DNA of 54,642 nucleotides from Moorena sp. SIO3A2 (GTDB lineage Bacteria; Cyanobacteriota; Cyanobacteriia; Cyanobacteriales; Coleofasciculaceae): NCBI RefSeq assembly GCF_010672265.1, contig NZ_JAAHHC010000004.1, positions 70,161 to 124,802 of the forward strand, read 5' to 3'. Shown piece by piece: positions 10,437 to 20,947 of this stretch (position 1 is its first letter; each line of letters starts with the position of its first letter). The notes under the pieces were generated by a model. It saw only the letters and a program-made list of their open reading frames with translations, ran no database searches and was not told where the DNA came from. The position numbers and the translations under genes were made by a program.

Positions 10437-11026
10437 CATGGTTATAGTATAACCATTGGATATTTATATTATCAACCTAAAACCCAAAAAAGTCAAGGCT
10501 ATTTATTAATTTTAATAATTATTTACATTTTCAAAAATAAAATGGTTATTTTTTTTAAATTTAATACAATATTCGGTGGTAGTATAAGCTAATATTTATG
10601 CCAATATAAGTGGTTAAAATTAGATTCAAAAATCAGCTAGTTTTATTTTGAAGCGATATCATGTAAAATTTTGTAAACAAAAATTATCTGGCTTTTATCC
10701 TGTATGAGATTATGCCTGCTGCCTAATTAATTTCCAGCCTTTGCTAAACGGGATTTGAGATTTGGTATTACAACAGCTACACAAAACTTAAAAAAAAATA
10801 GGTTTTATTGCACCATATAAAAGGTACACTTGAATAGTGTTTTAACTTTTACCTAACCAGATACCCCCGATTTATCTTATTTTGCGATAGACAATGCACA
10901 TCGGCACGCTTGGAGTTACTGGGCAATTGTATAAAACTATTTCGTTTTATATTCGCTTCCAGACGGGAGGTGAAAATCATCCCCGCTAGGTTGTTAACAA
11001 AGTTAGTTACCAGAAATAAAAACTAG

Positions 11027-11563
11027 ATGAAATTAGAGCAAACCAATAAACAACTTGATTTAAATAAACAAAAAAGAGACTATACAATAGAAGTTGTCGA
11101 TCATCAATATATACTCAATCGCTGGAAAGAGATTGAAGCCATTTTATATCGAGTTTTTGGAGATTCAAAGTTTAATGACAATTTTTTGAGGACTCGTCCA
11201 GCAGAACATACTTGGAAAAATATTACCGAACCTTATCAACAAGGTTTAGTGCATATTATCGCACTAGATTTAGATGAGAATATATTGGGTGCATTTTTTG
11301 TGATTTCATCTTATAAACCAGAAGGTAAAGAAGACTGCGATTTAGGATGGATGTTTACAATTGAATTATATCCAAAATTTCGCCATGAGATAATGAGTGC
11401 TATTATTGATAAAGTACATGAAGTCACTAAAAAAGCGGGCTTTAAAAGAATAATTACCGAAATGGGAACAGAAGCAGGAGCAAAATTTTTGGCAAAAAAA
11501 TATGGTTATATTCATACACCTAATACAGATAAATTTAATCGATGGACTAAGGAATTGAGTTGA
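11027..11563 (+). CDS. GNAT-family N-acetyltransferase-like protein, 178 aa
   Basis: C-terminal …KKAGFKRIITEMGTEAGAKFLAKKYGY… resembles GNAT motif A/B; AT-rich codon usage. Confidence 0.4.
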   Translation: MKLEQTNKQLDLNKQKRDYTIEVVDHQYILNRWKEIEAILYRVFGDSKFNDNFLRTRPAEHTWKNITEPYQQGLVHIIALDLDENILGAFFVISSYKPEGKEDCDLGWMFTIELYPKFRHEIMSAIIDKVHEVTKKAGFKRIITEMGTEAGAKFLAKKYGYIHTPNTDKFNRWTKELS

Positions 11564-11623
11564 TGCGGAGAATACAAAAAATATAAGTTAACCAAACTAG
11601 ATAAATAATATTAAGTAAAAAAT

Positions 11624-12334
11624 ATGAGCGATCAATATCAAAAACTTGCCCAGTTCTATGATGATTTTGTTCAAAAAAATAGGAACTACGATCAAATTGC
11701 GACTGAACTTGCTGAACTCATAGGAGACGCTAGAGATATATTAGACATAGGGATAGGTACAGGGCTAGTGGTAGAACATTTACTGCAAATTGAACCCGCT
11801 TACAAAATTACTGGAATTGATACGAGTCAATCTCTATTAGAACAGGCGGAGAAGAGATTAAGAAAAACAGTTAATTTACATTGTCAAAATGTCTCCGAAC
11901 TCGATCTGGATAAACAGTTCGATGTTGTCTATTCTCGTGGCGGTGCTTGGACATTTGTTAAGAATAAATTGGAAACAATGCTCGCCAGCCATATTTTATC
12001 TTTAGCGGAGATTCAAAAAAGTTTTGATCGGGTTGCCAAACATATCAAACCAGAAGGTCTATTGATTATTAGTTCATCTAATGCCTATGGTAATAACTTC
12101 GTAGAATTGGAAAATGGCATTGTTCATAAGAGAATTGCTCATACTGAAGGAAACGAAGATGAACGTTATACGATTCTCGATTATCTTTTCTATCAAAATG
12201 AAAAATTATTGGCAGAACAAAAACTAAAACTAAGATTAATCAGCTATCAAACTACAACAACGATGCTTAGTCAAGCCAACTTTGTAGAAGAAAGTATCAA
12301 AGCTGAAACATATTTCATCTACCGAAAAATTTAA
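11624..12334 (+). CDS. class I SAM-dependent methyltransferase, 236 aa
   Basis: motif I ILDIGIGTGLV, post-I acidic residue, motif II/III spacing. Confidence 0.7.
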   Translation: MSDQYQKLAQFYDDFVQKNRNYDQIATELAELIGDARDILDIGIGTGLVVEHLLQIEPAYKITGIDTSQSLLEQAEKRLRKTVNLHCQNVSELDLDKQFDVVYSRGGAWTFVKNKLETMLASHILSLAEIQKSFDRVAKHIKPEGLLIISSSNAYGNNFVELENGIVHKRIAHTEGNEDERYTILDYLFYQNEKLLAEQKLKLRLISYQTTTTMLSQANFVEESIKAETYFIYRKI

Positions 12335-12353
12335 AGCTGATCTTTCTATAATC

Positions 12354-13715
12354 ATGCAGAATCAAAAACTTTCCCAGGATAGACCCTCTATTCCCCCATA
12401 CGATTATCAGCCCGATCCCTATGTAGGACTTTCAAAACAACAAATTATTGATTTAAGACAACAATATGTGAACCCAGTGGTTGCCACTTACTATCAACAA
12501 CCGATTATGATTGTTGAGGGTTCGATGCAATATGTATTCGATGAAACAGGAAAACGTTATTTAGATGGTTTTGCTGGAATCGCGACAATTAATCTTGGTC
12601 ATTGCCATCCTCATGTTGTTAAAGCTGTACAAGAACAATCGGCTAAGTTACAACATACGACGACACTTTATCTACACCCCACTATTGCTGAATATAGCAA
12701 AATGCTAGTGGATAAAATGCCCGATCATTTATCAATGGTTTATTTTGTTAATTCAGGTTCAGAAGCTAATGATTTAGCAATGCTGATGGCGAGGGTTTAT
12801 ACGGAAAATTTTGATATCATTACCCTCCAGAATGGATATCATGGTATGAGTGGTAATTCAATGGGATTAACATCTCAAAGTACTTGGAAATATTATACCC
12901 CTCATAATTTTGGTATTCATCATGCTATAAATGCGGATGTTTACAGAGGTGCTTGGAATAACCATGAAAATAATGTTGCTTATAAATATGCAAATGAAGT
13001 TAAGAATCTAATTCAATATGCAACCTCTGGCAAGATTGCTGGTTTTATTGCAGAGTCTATTCAAGGAGTAGGGGGAACAATTGTTTATCCAGATGGCTAC
13101 TTAAAAAAAGTCTATGATTATGTCCATCAAGCAGATGGATTATTTATTGCTGATGAAGTGCAAACTGGTTTTTGTAGAACAGGTGCTTTTTGGGGTTTTG
13201 AACTTCACGATGTCAAACCTGATATCGTAACCTTAGCTAAGGGTATTGGTAATGGCGTACCTCTTGCTGCTGTGGTGACAACACCGGAAATCGCCCAAGC
13301 ATTTACTAAAAAGATCCACTTTAATACATTTGCGGGTAATCCTGTTTCTTGTGCAGCAGGTAAAGCAGTTTTGGAGATAATTGAAAGGGAAAATATACAA
13401 CAAAATTGTGCCCTAGTTGGGGAGTATTTACTCAAATCTCTTCAGGATTTACAAGAAACCCATGAATGTATTGGTGATGTTCGTGGTTGCGGACTAATGA
13501 TTGGTGTTGATTTAGTTAAAAATCGTCAAACAAAAGAGCCAAATCCTGAGCTACTTGCCCAAATTCATGAACTATCCAAAGATTTAGGACTACTCATTGG
13601 TAAAGGTGGTTTACATCGTAATGTTATACGTATTAAACCACCCCTTTGTATTACAAAAGCAGATGTTGATTTTATTATTAAAGTTTTGGAATTTGCTTTG
13701 AATTATTATGAATAA
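12354..13715 (+). CDS. class III (PLP-dependent) aminotransferase, AGXT2/EctB-like, 453 aa
   Basis: LFIADEVQTGFCRTGAFWGFE, PLP-lysine region TLAKGIGNGVP, GSEAND. Confidence 0.85.
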   Translation: MQNQKLSQDRPSIPPYDYQPDPYVGLSKQQIIDLRQQYVNPVVATYYQQPIMIVEGSMQYVFDETGKRYLDGFAGIATINLGHCHPHVVKAVQEQSAKLQHTTTLYLHPTIAEYSKMLVDKMPDHLSMVYFVNSGSEANDLAMLMARVYTENFDIITLQNGYHGMSGNSMGLTSQSTWKYYTPHNFGIHHAINADVYRGAWNNHENNVAYKYANEVKNLIQYATSGKIAGFIAESIQGVGGTIVYPDGYLKKVYDYVHQADGLFIADEVQTGFCRTGAFWGFELHDVKPDIVTLAKGIGNGVPLAAVVTTPEIAQAFTKKIHFNTFAGNPVSCAAGKAVLEIIERENIQQNCALVGEYLLKSLQDLQETHECIGDVRGCGLMIGVDLVKNRQTKEPNPELLAQIHELSKDLGLLIGKGGLHRNVIRIKPPLCITKADVDFIIKVLEFALNYYE

Positions 13716-13924
13716 CAATACAGCGGTTGTCACAGCGGTTTTTAATTCGGTGAAGTACTTTATTTATGGGTTTTAGGGAACAGGGAGCAGAGCAGTATAA
13801 AATAAATACGAATAGTTTTTGATGTTATGCTAAATAAGCAAGATTATTCATTCTATATTTAGAATTGCTATAAAAATCAATCCCAATTTGTGATATTATT
13901 AAAGATTAATCAGAGCTATTTCCT

Positions 13925-14128
13925 GCTGACAGCTGACAGCTGTTCGCGTAGTGTGGGCGTAGGGCATAAACTCATAGCTGAAAACTGAAAACTGACAGCT
14001 GATAACTAAAAACTGATAGCTGATAGCTGATAGCTGATAGCTGATAGCTGATAGCTGATAGCTGACAGCTGACAGCTGAATGCTTACCCCGATTCCCGAT
14101 TCCCGATTCCCTACTCCCTACTCCCTAA
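13925..14128. repeat. STRR-like heptamer tandem repeats (CTGACAG / CTGATAG x ~20; TTCCCGA x3; TACTCCC x3) plus a copy of the ATGCCCTACG…CTACGCGAAC dispersed element
   Basis: visible tandem 7-mers. Confidence 0.9.
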
Positions 14129-16756
14129 TTAATGAAGTGCTTCCCTAACCAAAATCACAGTACTATCAACACCCCGTGCGATCGCTTCTGGAATATTGCC
14201 ATGGATCGCCTGTTCCAATAATCCCTCTCGACTAGCTCCGATCACGACTACATCATACTTGTGAGCGTTAGCTAAACGAATCAAAGCATCAGAAACAGAA
14301 TAGGAACGGATTGGAATTGATACCACATCACACATACCTTTGAGTTGCTGTTTGAGGAAATAGGTAGCTTTTTCCAAGCTAGTCATTACAGGTTCTCCAG
14401 CTTGAGGGTTAAAAACCTGAGTTACTACGATTTGCTCTGCTTTAGCAAGGGTTGCTAGTATCGGAATTAATTGTAGGGCACGGCTAGAATTCGGTCCACC
14501 AGCAATGGGGATTAACCAACGCTTCCAGGTCTTAGCTAGTGAACCGTATTTAGCAGATTTAACATCTTGTGCTACTTCCTTGCCTTGGGGTAATTTCAGC
14601 AAGACTAAATCACAGGGAGCTTGTCGAATTAAGGTATCGATAATATTACCAAAAATCTGATTAGGACTATTAGATGGTGCTCCTTTCCATCCCATCAAAA
14701 TTAGATTAATATGTCGTTGTTTAATAGTTTCTAGAATTGCTTGAGCGGTATCGTGGGATATCCTGATTTGGGTGTGAACTGGCATTTCCCACCGTCGCCC
14801 TAGCCTTTCCGCTTGCCTTAGCAATCTGCGACTTTTAGTAGTATCAACTCCTGTCTGAGCAGGACTATTGCTACGGGAGATAGGTATTACCTGCAAACAC
14901 TCGATTTCATAGTCCTGTACCTGGCCAATAGCAGTAGCTATTTCCAACAATACTGGTGCTGATTGGGGATTAGCTAAGGGAACCAACATCCGTCCACTGC
15001 CGGTAGCTGGAGCGCGAGTATAATAGACGCCATAGGAGGGATCAGGACTCGGTCCTAGTTGCTCTTTTTCCCCACTGAGTTGGTTAGCTTCGGCACGAAT
15101 AATATCACTAAAGGTAATGATTCCAACTAACTTTCTGTTTTCTAGAACAGGTAACCGATTGAGGTGATAACGATTAAGAATGTAGAGAACGTGGCTTAAG
15201 GTGTCATTGTGTCTAACTGTGATCGGTTGTGGAGTCATCACCTCTTTTATAGGCGTATTCCCAGGCAGTCGGTCTCGGTTCTTGGCAATGTCTTCTTGAG
15301 TAATTATCCCGACCAATTTCCCCTGAGCAACTACTGGAAAGCCCCGATGACTAGAGTTACTAAAGGTCTGAATGGCTTGATCTAAAGTCATCTGACTCCC
15401 TAGGGTTTCTACCCGGCGCTGCATAATGTCAGATGCTTTCAAACCAGCTAAGGTTCTTTTGTCCACCTTTACTTTAGGCAAGCTGTAGCCTTTCCTCTCC
15501 AACAAACGTTGATAGAGAGACCCTTTGGCTAATTGATCGGCAACTAGGTAGGAAACCACACAGGTGATCATTAAAGGTAGGACTAGATTAAAGTCCGTTG
15601 TCATCTCAAACACGATCACAATCGCTGTGATCGGTACCTTGGAAACGGCACTAAAAAATGCTCCCATCCCTGCCAAGGCGTAGGTAATCGGATAACCTAA
15701 TCCGAGCAGGTGATACTCACCGATGCCAACTAAATAGCCTAATGCGGAACCCAATACTAGGGAGGGATGAAACAACCCCCCTGGTGCTCCCGAACCATAG
15801 GCAATTATGGTCAGTAAGAAGTAGACCACAAAAGCGAGGCAAGTAAATTCCCAGCCGATATCACCAGTGAGCAACAACTCCCGCAAACCACTGTTGTTAT
15901 GGAACTGATCCGGTAGCAGTGCTACAATACACCCACCCAGCATCCCAGCTATACCAATCCGCAATGGTAAGCTGAGCTTGAGACGGTCGTAAAAGTTCAG
16001 ACTGGACAGAATTCCCTGATTAAACAAAGCTGCTAGCAATCCAGCCAACACCCCTAACAACAAATAGAAGGGAATCTCAAGAGCGGAAAAGGTGCTGGAA
16101 AAATTGCTTAGTTCCCGATTCAGATCTAGGGTACCTCCACCCAAGAGCCGGGAAACCACCGCACCAATAAAGGATGCTAGAATAGCACTACCCAGAGTTA
16201 TACTAGATAAATCTGGTAACAGTTCCTCAAAGATAAAGGCTACACTAGCCAGGGGAGCATTAAACCCAGCGGCTAATCCAGCCCCAGCCCCAGCGGCGAT
16301 CATTTGACGTCGGTGATCAGGAGAGGTGGGTACCCAGCGAGTCAATTGAGCTGCCAAAGCTGCCCCAATATGAACCGTTGGGCCTTGCCGTCCCATAGTC
16401 ATTCCCGCCGCCAGAGATAGGATAGTACTAACTAACTTGACTACAGCCACCCGTAAATTCATCGCGATAGGAAACCGGGCAAGGGCACCTTTGATCTGAG
16501 GTACGCCACTACCTGTTGCCTCTGATGCTACAAACTCAATCAGGAATCCGCACAGTAATCCTAAGCAGAGTCCAAAAGCGGGTAGGGCAAAGCTAGGGGG
16601 TAGGATTAGAGCTGCTTGAAGCCGCCACCTCCCTAACCAGCCAATACTGTGTTTGAGTAATACTGCTGAGAGTCCTGAGACGAATCCAATCAGACAGGCT
16701 TCGGCAAGGGCAAGACTTCTTTTGGGGATCAGCCATTGGGTAATGGGATTGATCAT
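14129..16756 (-). CDS. ClC-family chloride channel fused to a CBS pair and C-terminal universal-stress-protein (UspA) domains, 875 aa
   Basis: ClC motifs GSGVPQ, GRQGP, multiple TM helices; CBS pair in middle; Usp-like C-terminal half. Confidence 0.8.
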   Translation of the reverse strand: MINPITQWLIPKRSLALAEACLIGFVSGLSAVLLKHSIGWLGRWRLQAALILPPSFALPAFGLCLGLLCGFLIEFVASEATGSGVPQIKGALARFPIAMNLRVAVVKLVSTILSLAAGMTMGRQGPTVHIGAALAAQLTRWVPTSPDHRRQMIAAGAGAGLAAGFNAPLASVAFIFEELLPDLSSITLGSAILASFIGAVVSRLLGGGTLDLNRELSNFSSTFSALEIPFYLLLGVLAGLLAALFNQGILSSLNFYDRLKLSLPLRIGIAGMLGGCIVALLPDQFHNNSGLRELLLTGDIGWEFTCLAFVVYFLLTIIAYGSGAPGGLFHPSLVLGSALGYLVGIGEYHLLGLGYPITYALAGMGAFFSAVSKVPITAIVIVFEMTTDFNLVLPLMITCVVSYLVADQLAKGSLYQRLLERKGYSLPKVKVDKRTLAGLKASDIMQRRVETLGSQMTLDQAIQTFSNSSHRGFPVVAQGKLVGIITQEDIAKNRDRLPGNTPIKEVMTPQPITVRHNDTLSHVLYILNRYHLNRLPVLENRKLVGIITFSDIIRAEANQLSGEKEQLGPSPDPSYGVYYTRAPATGSGRMLVPLANPQSAPVLLEIATAIGQVQDYEIECLQVIPISRSNSPAQTGVDTTKSRRLLRQAERLGRRWEMPVHTQIRISHDTAQAILETIKQRHINLILMGWKGAPSNSPNQIFGNIIDTLIRQAPCDLVLLKLPQGKEVAQDVKSAKYGSLAKTWKRWLIPIAGGPNSSRALQLIPILATLAKAEQIVVTQVFNPQAGEPVMTSLEKATYFLKQQLKGMCDVVSIPIRSYSVSDALIRLANAHKYDVVVIGASREGLLEQAIHGNIPEAIARGVDSTVILVREALH

Positions 16757-16868
16757 TGATTGATCATGGGTTAATTTCCATTAGTGATTATTCGTGGGTG
16801 CTTTGTAAATACCAGGAGAATTTCTGTAGTTACAAAGAAATAAGCACCAAGCACCGAGCACTGACCCA

Positions 16869-18203
16869 CTAATCACTAGAGGTTACCGATAGTCCTTCCA
16901 CAATTAGAGAGGGTGTGTAGATGCTATCCTGCCACTCAGCATCATCACCGAGTATTACTAATTGCTTAAGGGTGTTGTAGACATTCCCAGCTACCATGGT
17001 GTCTTTGACTCGACCAATAATATTGCCTTGTTGGACTCGATACCCTAACTCAACATTGACGGAAAAGTCACCGGAGATGCCAGCACTACCGCCGAGAATC
17101 TGGTCTATGACTAATCCTTCGTCTAATTGTCCAATTAAGTCATTGAGTGACCCTTGGCCTGGTTTAATCAGTAAGTTGACTAGATCAGGGGTTGGGTAGC
17201 TGCCTAGGCTAGGGCGAAATCCATTGCCAGTTGTGCCAGTTCCGAGTAATCGACCGGTAGTGCGATCGCAAAAAAACTGTTGCAATTGCCCTTCACTGAT
17301 AAATACGAGGGATTGGGTAGGGGTGCCTTCATCATCAAAGGGGCAACTGTAAGGAAATTCAGGATTTGGTTGTTGAAACAGGGTCAGGTTTTTTGAGGTA
17401 ACCACCTGACCTAGACTATCACTCCAGGGGGTGGCTTTTTCAAGTACCTGTTTTCCATTTAAGGCTGCTTCCACAGTGCCCCATAGCAAATCCGCTGCTT
17501 TAGAGGTCAACAAAATTGGCACACGACCACTGGGAGTAGAGACATTTTCCGTTGCCCAGTTGAGGCGTTGTAAGATTTGGTCTAGGACTTTGTTAGTGTT
17601 TAGGCTTTCTTTAGGCTCAGATGGGCTTAATCGAATTTGTGTACCATCACCAACACTTAAAAAGTCTTCACCCCTAACCCACTCTACCCCAAGGAAATAA
17701 CTGAGGGTTGTGTCAGTGTAAGAGCAATGTAATCCTTCAGAGTTAATTAAGCTAGTGGTTTCTAACTCCCATTCCGACTCAGCGCTACACAATACTTCTG
17801 GGTAGGCATCGCGAATTAATGCGATCGCATCCGAGCCGATTGCTACTAGTTCTTCTATCGGTATAGTTTCTGGTGAGTCGGAATAGTTAGCGCTAGGGCC
17901 ATCAGCCAGTTCTATAGATTCCGGTTCATTGAGTGCAGTCATGGCCATTGCCCGGTCTACTAAATCTTGTGCTGCCACTGCTCCATAGCCAACTGCTAGT
18001 CCTGGACGTCCGTCTCGCCATAACCGTAGCGCTGTCCCTTCCGATTGACTACTTTCGATTTGTTTGAGTCGATTAGCTTCAAAAAACACAGGACGAGAAA
18101 GCGATCGCGACTGATAAACCTCTGCACTAGTCGCTCCTGATTTAGCTGCTAAGTCTAACAGTTGTTCGGCTTGCAGCTCTTGCGGTCTAGTTTCAGCACT
18201 CAT
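16869..18203 (-). CDS. pmbA: TldD/PmbA-family metalloprotease; start placed at internal Met (MSAETRP…) because the first 23 codons of the longer ORF (to 18272) are translated STRR heptamers
   Basis: typical PmbA N-terminal (…SGATSAEVYQSRSLSRPVFFE…ALRLWRDGRPGLA…); upstream LLPTPDSLLPTPYSL is encoded by GGGAGTA repeats. Confidence 0.75.
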   Translation of the reverse strand: MSAETRPQELQAEQLLDLAAKSGATSAEVYQSRSLSRPVFFEANRLKQIESSQSEGTALRLWRDGRPGLAVGYGAVAAQDLVDRAMAMTALNEPESIELADGPSANYSDSPETIPIEELVAIGSDAIALIRDAYPEVLCSAESEWELETTSLINSEGLHCSYTDTTLSYFLGVEWVRGEDFLSVGDGTQIRLSPSEPKESLNTNKVLDQILQRLNWATENVSTPSGRVPILLTSKAADLLWGTVEAALNGKQVLEKATPWSDSLGQVVTSKNLTLFQQPNPEFPYSCPFDDEGTPTQSLVFISEGQLQQFFCDRTTGRLLGTGTTGNGFRPSLGSYPTPDLVNLLIKPGQGSLNDLIGQLDEGLVIDQILGGSAGISGDFSVNVELGYRVQQGNIIGRVKDTMVAGNVYNTLKQLVILGDDAEWQDSIYTPSLIVEGLSVTSSD

Positions 18204-18330
18204 ATTGCCAAGGGAGTAGGGAGTAGGGAGTAGGGAGTCGGGAGTCGGGAGCAGGTAAGAAAAATTACTCACAATTTATTTTTAGCTTCTGCCTGTTGCC
18301 TGTTGCCTGTTGCCTGTTGCCTTGTCTTAT
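18204..18330. repeat. heptamer tandem repeats (GGGAGTA x4, GGGAGTC x2; CCTGTTG x5)
   Basis: visible. Confidence 0.85.
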
Positions 18331-19190
18331 AACTCCCGGCATAGCCAAAATCCAGCAAACTGTTCTGAAGTTGGACTCGATTGTACGGCCAGAAAATGGA
18401 CAAGATTAGCGTTCTGCTTTGCTTCTTCAAAGCTTTTTGCCTCTGCCAGAATTTGGGATTTGGTCAAGTTAGCGAGAATCCAGCTATCATTGGCACCAGT
18501 TTCCAGTAACAACTTTGGCTTATCATCAGTAGTGTCAAGTCTGACAAAGGATAGCTCCAAACCTGACATCCATGCTGCTAGGGGTTTGGCTCGTTGGGAA
18601 AATATAATCACACCGGGAATGGGCGTTTCTGGGGCAATGTCCATGATCGAGACCGGGAAAGCTTCACCAAAGTCAATCTCCCACTCGTTCATTTCCTCAA
18701 AGGCAGCGGCTTGTAGACTTACAACTGCCCACTTTTGTCCCTGCAAAGCATCGGGTAATGGTTTAGGGATGGGGGATTGATAACGGACAAATGAGGAAGC
18801 AGCGGCTGCGGGGTCATAGCCTGGTTGATTGGGATAAAAGTCTTCTATCCTTTGTTTTAACCATCGCTCCAAAGCATAGGTGCGACGGCTGGGTTGAGCT
18901 GGAATATTCAGCTCATTACAGGCTTTGGTAATCATATTGTTCATCTGACGCCGAAAGAAGCGAATCTTGCTTGGTGGCTGTTGAGCTTTTGCGATCGCAT
19001 CTGCCAAAGCCTGCCCCAACCAAATTGAATTCACCTGCTGGTTGGGACACCAACTAGCGTATTGAAACAGTGTCTCAGGTGAGAGGTTGATGTCCAAAGG
19101 ACTCTCGCAAATTAAGACTTCCCAAAGTTTCTTCTGATTTTCGTCCAAAATTGGGCGGGAGTAAAAATCGAGTTCCCAAATTGTTTCCAT
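18327..19190 (-). CDS. Tab2-like (DUF1092) RNA-binding protein, 287 aa
   Basis: N-terminal IWELDFYSRPILDENQKKLWEVLIC… is characteristic of cyanobacterial/plastid Tab2 homologues (recalled from memory). Confidence 0.5.
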   Translation of the reverse strand: METIWELDFYSRPILDENQKKLWEVLICESPLDINLSPETLFQYASWCPNQQVNSIWLGQALADAIAKAQQPPSKIRFFRRQMNNMITKACNELNIPAQPSRRTYALERWLKQRIEDFYPNQPGYDPAAAASSFVRYQSPIPKPLPDALQGQKWAVVSLQAAAFEEMNEWEIDFGEAFPVSIMDIAPETPIPGVIIFSQRAKPLAAWMSGLELSFVRLDTTDDKPKLLLETGANDSWILANLTKSQILAEAKSFEEAKQNANLVHFLAVQSSPTSEQFAGFWLCREL

Positions 19191-19248
19191 GCCACCATTA
19201 AGATAATCTCACCCATATTTATGATACGGCTCCAAGAGCGCAATCCGT

Positions 19249-19620
19249 AAGCATTCAGCGGTCAGCGGTCAGCTATCAGCGGTCAGCTATCAGCGGTCAG
19301 CTATCAGTTATCAGCTAATGCCCTACGGGCACGCTACTTGAGGTGCTATTAGCTATGAGTTTATGCCCATAGCGCACGGTACTTGAACAGCTTATGCCCT
19401 ATGGGTTACCTCACAGGCTAGAAGCCTGTGCCACGATACTTGAGTGGCCAATAGACATCTCCAAAAATTAACCTCAAACCCTTGCACTGCCTGGGTCAAA
19501 ACCGAGTTTCTGGAGATGTCTATTGGCCAACGGCTGACCACTGACCACTGACCACTGACTGCTGACTGCTGACTGCTGACTGCTGAATGCTGACCACTGA
19601 CTGCTGAATGCTTAGATGTG
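19249..19620. repeat. repeat-dense spacer: STRR heptamers (CAGCGGT/CAGCTAT; CTGACCA/CTGACTG), two copies of the ATGCCCTACGGGCACGCTACTTGA-type element, and an 18-bp inverted repeat (19443-19460 / 19513-19530)
   Basis: visible. Confidence 0.85.
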
Positions 19621-19683
19621 ATTAATCCTATTGAACTATATATAATTAAATCTATTCACAATTGTGAAACTTAACAAAAAATT

Positions 19684-20073
19684 ATGAGTAGCGATCGCAC
19701 AGAGGTTTTAGCTGCCAACACAGCATTCTATCGAGCTTTTGAGAAAAAGGACATTGAAGCCATGAGTAAGGTCTGGTCTCAAGGCACTGGTAGTCTTTGT
19801 ATTCACCCTGGACGTGATGTAATCAAAGGTTGGCGGGACATTAGCTCATCTTGGGAAGCGATATTCAAGAATACCCAATACCTGGAAATTGAACCAGAGA
19901 TTATTGCTACTGAAGTCAGGGACACTCTTGCCTACGTTGTTGTGCTAGAAAAAGTGTTGCAAGTTAGCAAGGGTAGAAGGATTCAGGCAGAATCCATAGC
20001 AACCAATACGTTTGAGCTTATGGCTGGCTCTTGGTATTTGGTGCATCATCACGGGAGTCCACTGATGGGCTAA
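19684..20073 (+). CDS. SnoaL-like / NTF2-fold (DUF4440-like) protein, 129 aa
   Basis: N-terminal …AANTAFYRAFEKKDIEAMSKVWSQ… pattern of NTF2-like ketosteroid-isomerase fold. Confidence 0.5.
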   Translation: MSSDRTEVLAANTAFYRAFEKKDIEAMSKVWSQGTGSLCIHPGRDVIKGWRDISSSWEAIFKNTQYLEIEPEIIATEVRDTLAYVVVLEKVLQVSKGRRIQAESIATNTFELMAGSWYLVHHHGSPLMG

Positions 20074-20075
20074 CT

Positions 20076-20633
20076 TCAGACAAAGTGTCGTTCGATCAGG
20101 GTGGGAATTTGCTGGGGAGCCACTTCGCTGTAGCGAGCTTTGTCTGGCATCATCACCAGGTTGGGGCCATGTTTGCACTGTTTGAGGCAGCCAGTTTCTT
20201 TAATTTTGACTTGGTCTTCTAAACCATGGTCCTTTAAACTCGATGCGATCGCATTACAGACCGCTTGACCCCCCCGTTTCCGGCAACTGGATTTCTGACA
20301 AACTAAAATGCTCGCTTTCCGGGTGGGAGTTTTGGGAACCAAAACAGTTGTTGGCTGCTGGTGGGGGGGAGCAGCAAGGCTCACCTCATAGGCTTTCAGT
20401 TTCAGTTTCCCAGTTTTGAGCTTTAGTTTGCTGGTGCCACTCACCTCAATCCACGCCCCAGGGATAATGGCTGGATCCAAGCTCTTTCTGAGAGGTTTAG
20501 ATAACTTAATCCAATATTCGATATTTGAAACAGTAATTCTTAAGTACTTGATTTTATAGCCATCCTTAATGACAAAGTCTAATAACTGTCCTACTACACT
20601 AAACTCTGAGACTGGCTCTTTAAACTTAGACAT
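20076..20633 (-). CDS. thioredoxin-like [2Fe-2S] ferredoxin-domain protein, 185 aa
   Basis: C-terminal Cys pattern C..C…GCL.QCK.GPN of thioredoxin-like ferredoxins. Confidence 0.5.
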   Translation of the reverse strand: MSKFKEPVSEFSVVGQLLDFVIKDGYKIKYLRITVSNIEYWIKLSKPLRKSLDPAIIPGAWIEVSGTSKLKLKTGKLKLKAYEVSLAAPPHQQPTTVLVPKTPTRKASILVCQKSSCRKRGGQAVCNAIASSLKDHGLEDQVKIKETGCLKQCKHGPNLVMMPDKARYSEVAPQQIPTLIERHFV

Positions 20634-20947
20634 AGTTATTTACCTCTAGGAACACTGTTTTTCTTTAATCAACCTTAAAAATGGCCATTTTTGTGGACTG
20701 AATCTTTATAATTTGCTGGGTTTAAGCCGATTTAACCAAGACAAATCCCGTTCACGGAGTCGTGACTAATAGAAAATCTATCTCAACTAATCTATCACAA
20801 ATTATCCTCAATAGAGGTTCTGAAAAAGTTAAAAATTGTGTTATTAGGGACATTTCAGAGTCTAGGTTAAATAAAATGATATGTGTTAGCCTACTTAAAA
20901 GCATGGCAATAAGCCACACTTAATGAAAACGATAGGAGAACACTATT

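Noticed and set aside
10383-10592. ORF 10383-10592 (+), 69 aa
   Set aside because: It starts inside the GC hairpin and runs through very AT-rich DNA (ILIIIYIFKNKMVIFFKFN). The composition is typical of non-coding spacer translation.
16092-17700. Plus-strand ORFs 16092-16307, 16996-17199 and 17431-17700
   Set aside because: They are antisense to the well-supported ClC and PmbA genes. They are short and have no start context.
18204-18272. Longer PmbA start at 18272
   Set aside because: The extra 23 codons are an in-frame translation of GGGAGTA heptamer repeats (LLPTPDSLLPTPYSL). The internal Met at 18203 gives a canonical PmbA N-terminus.
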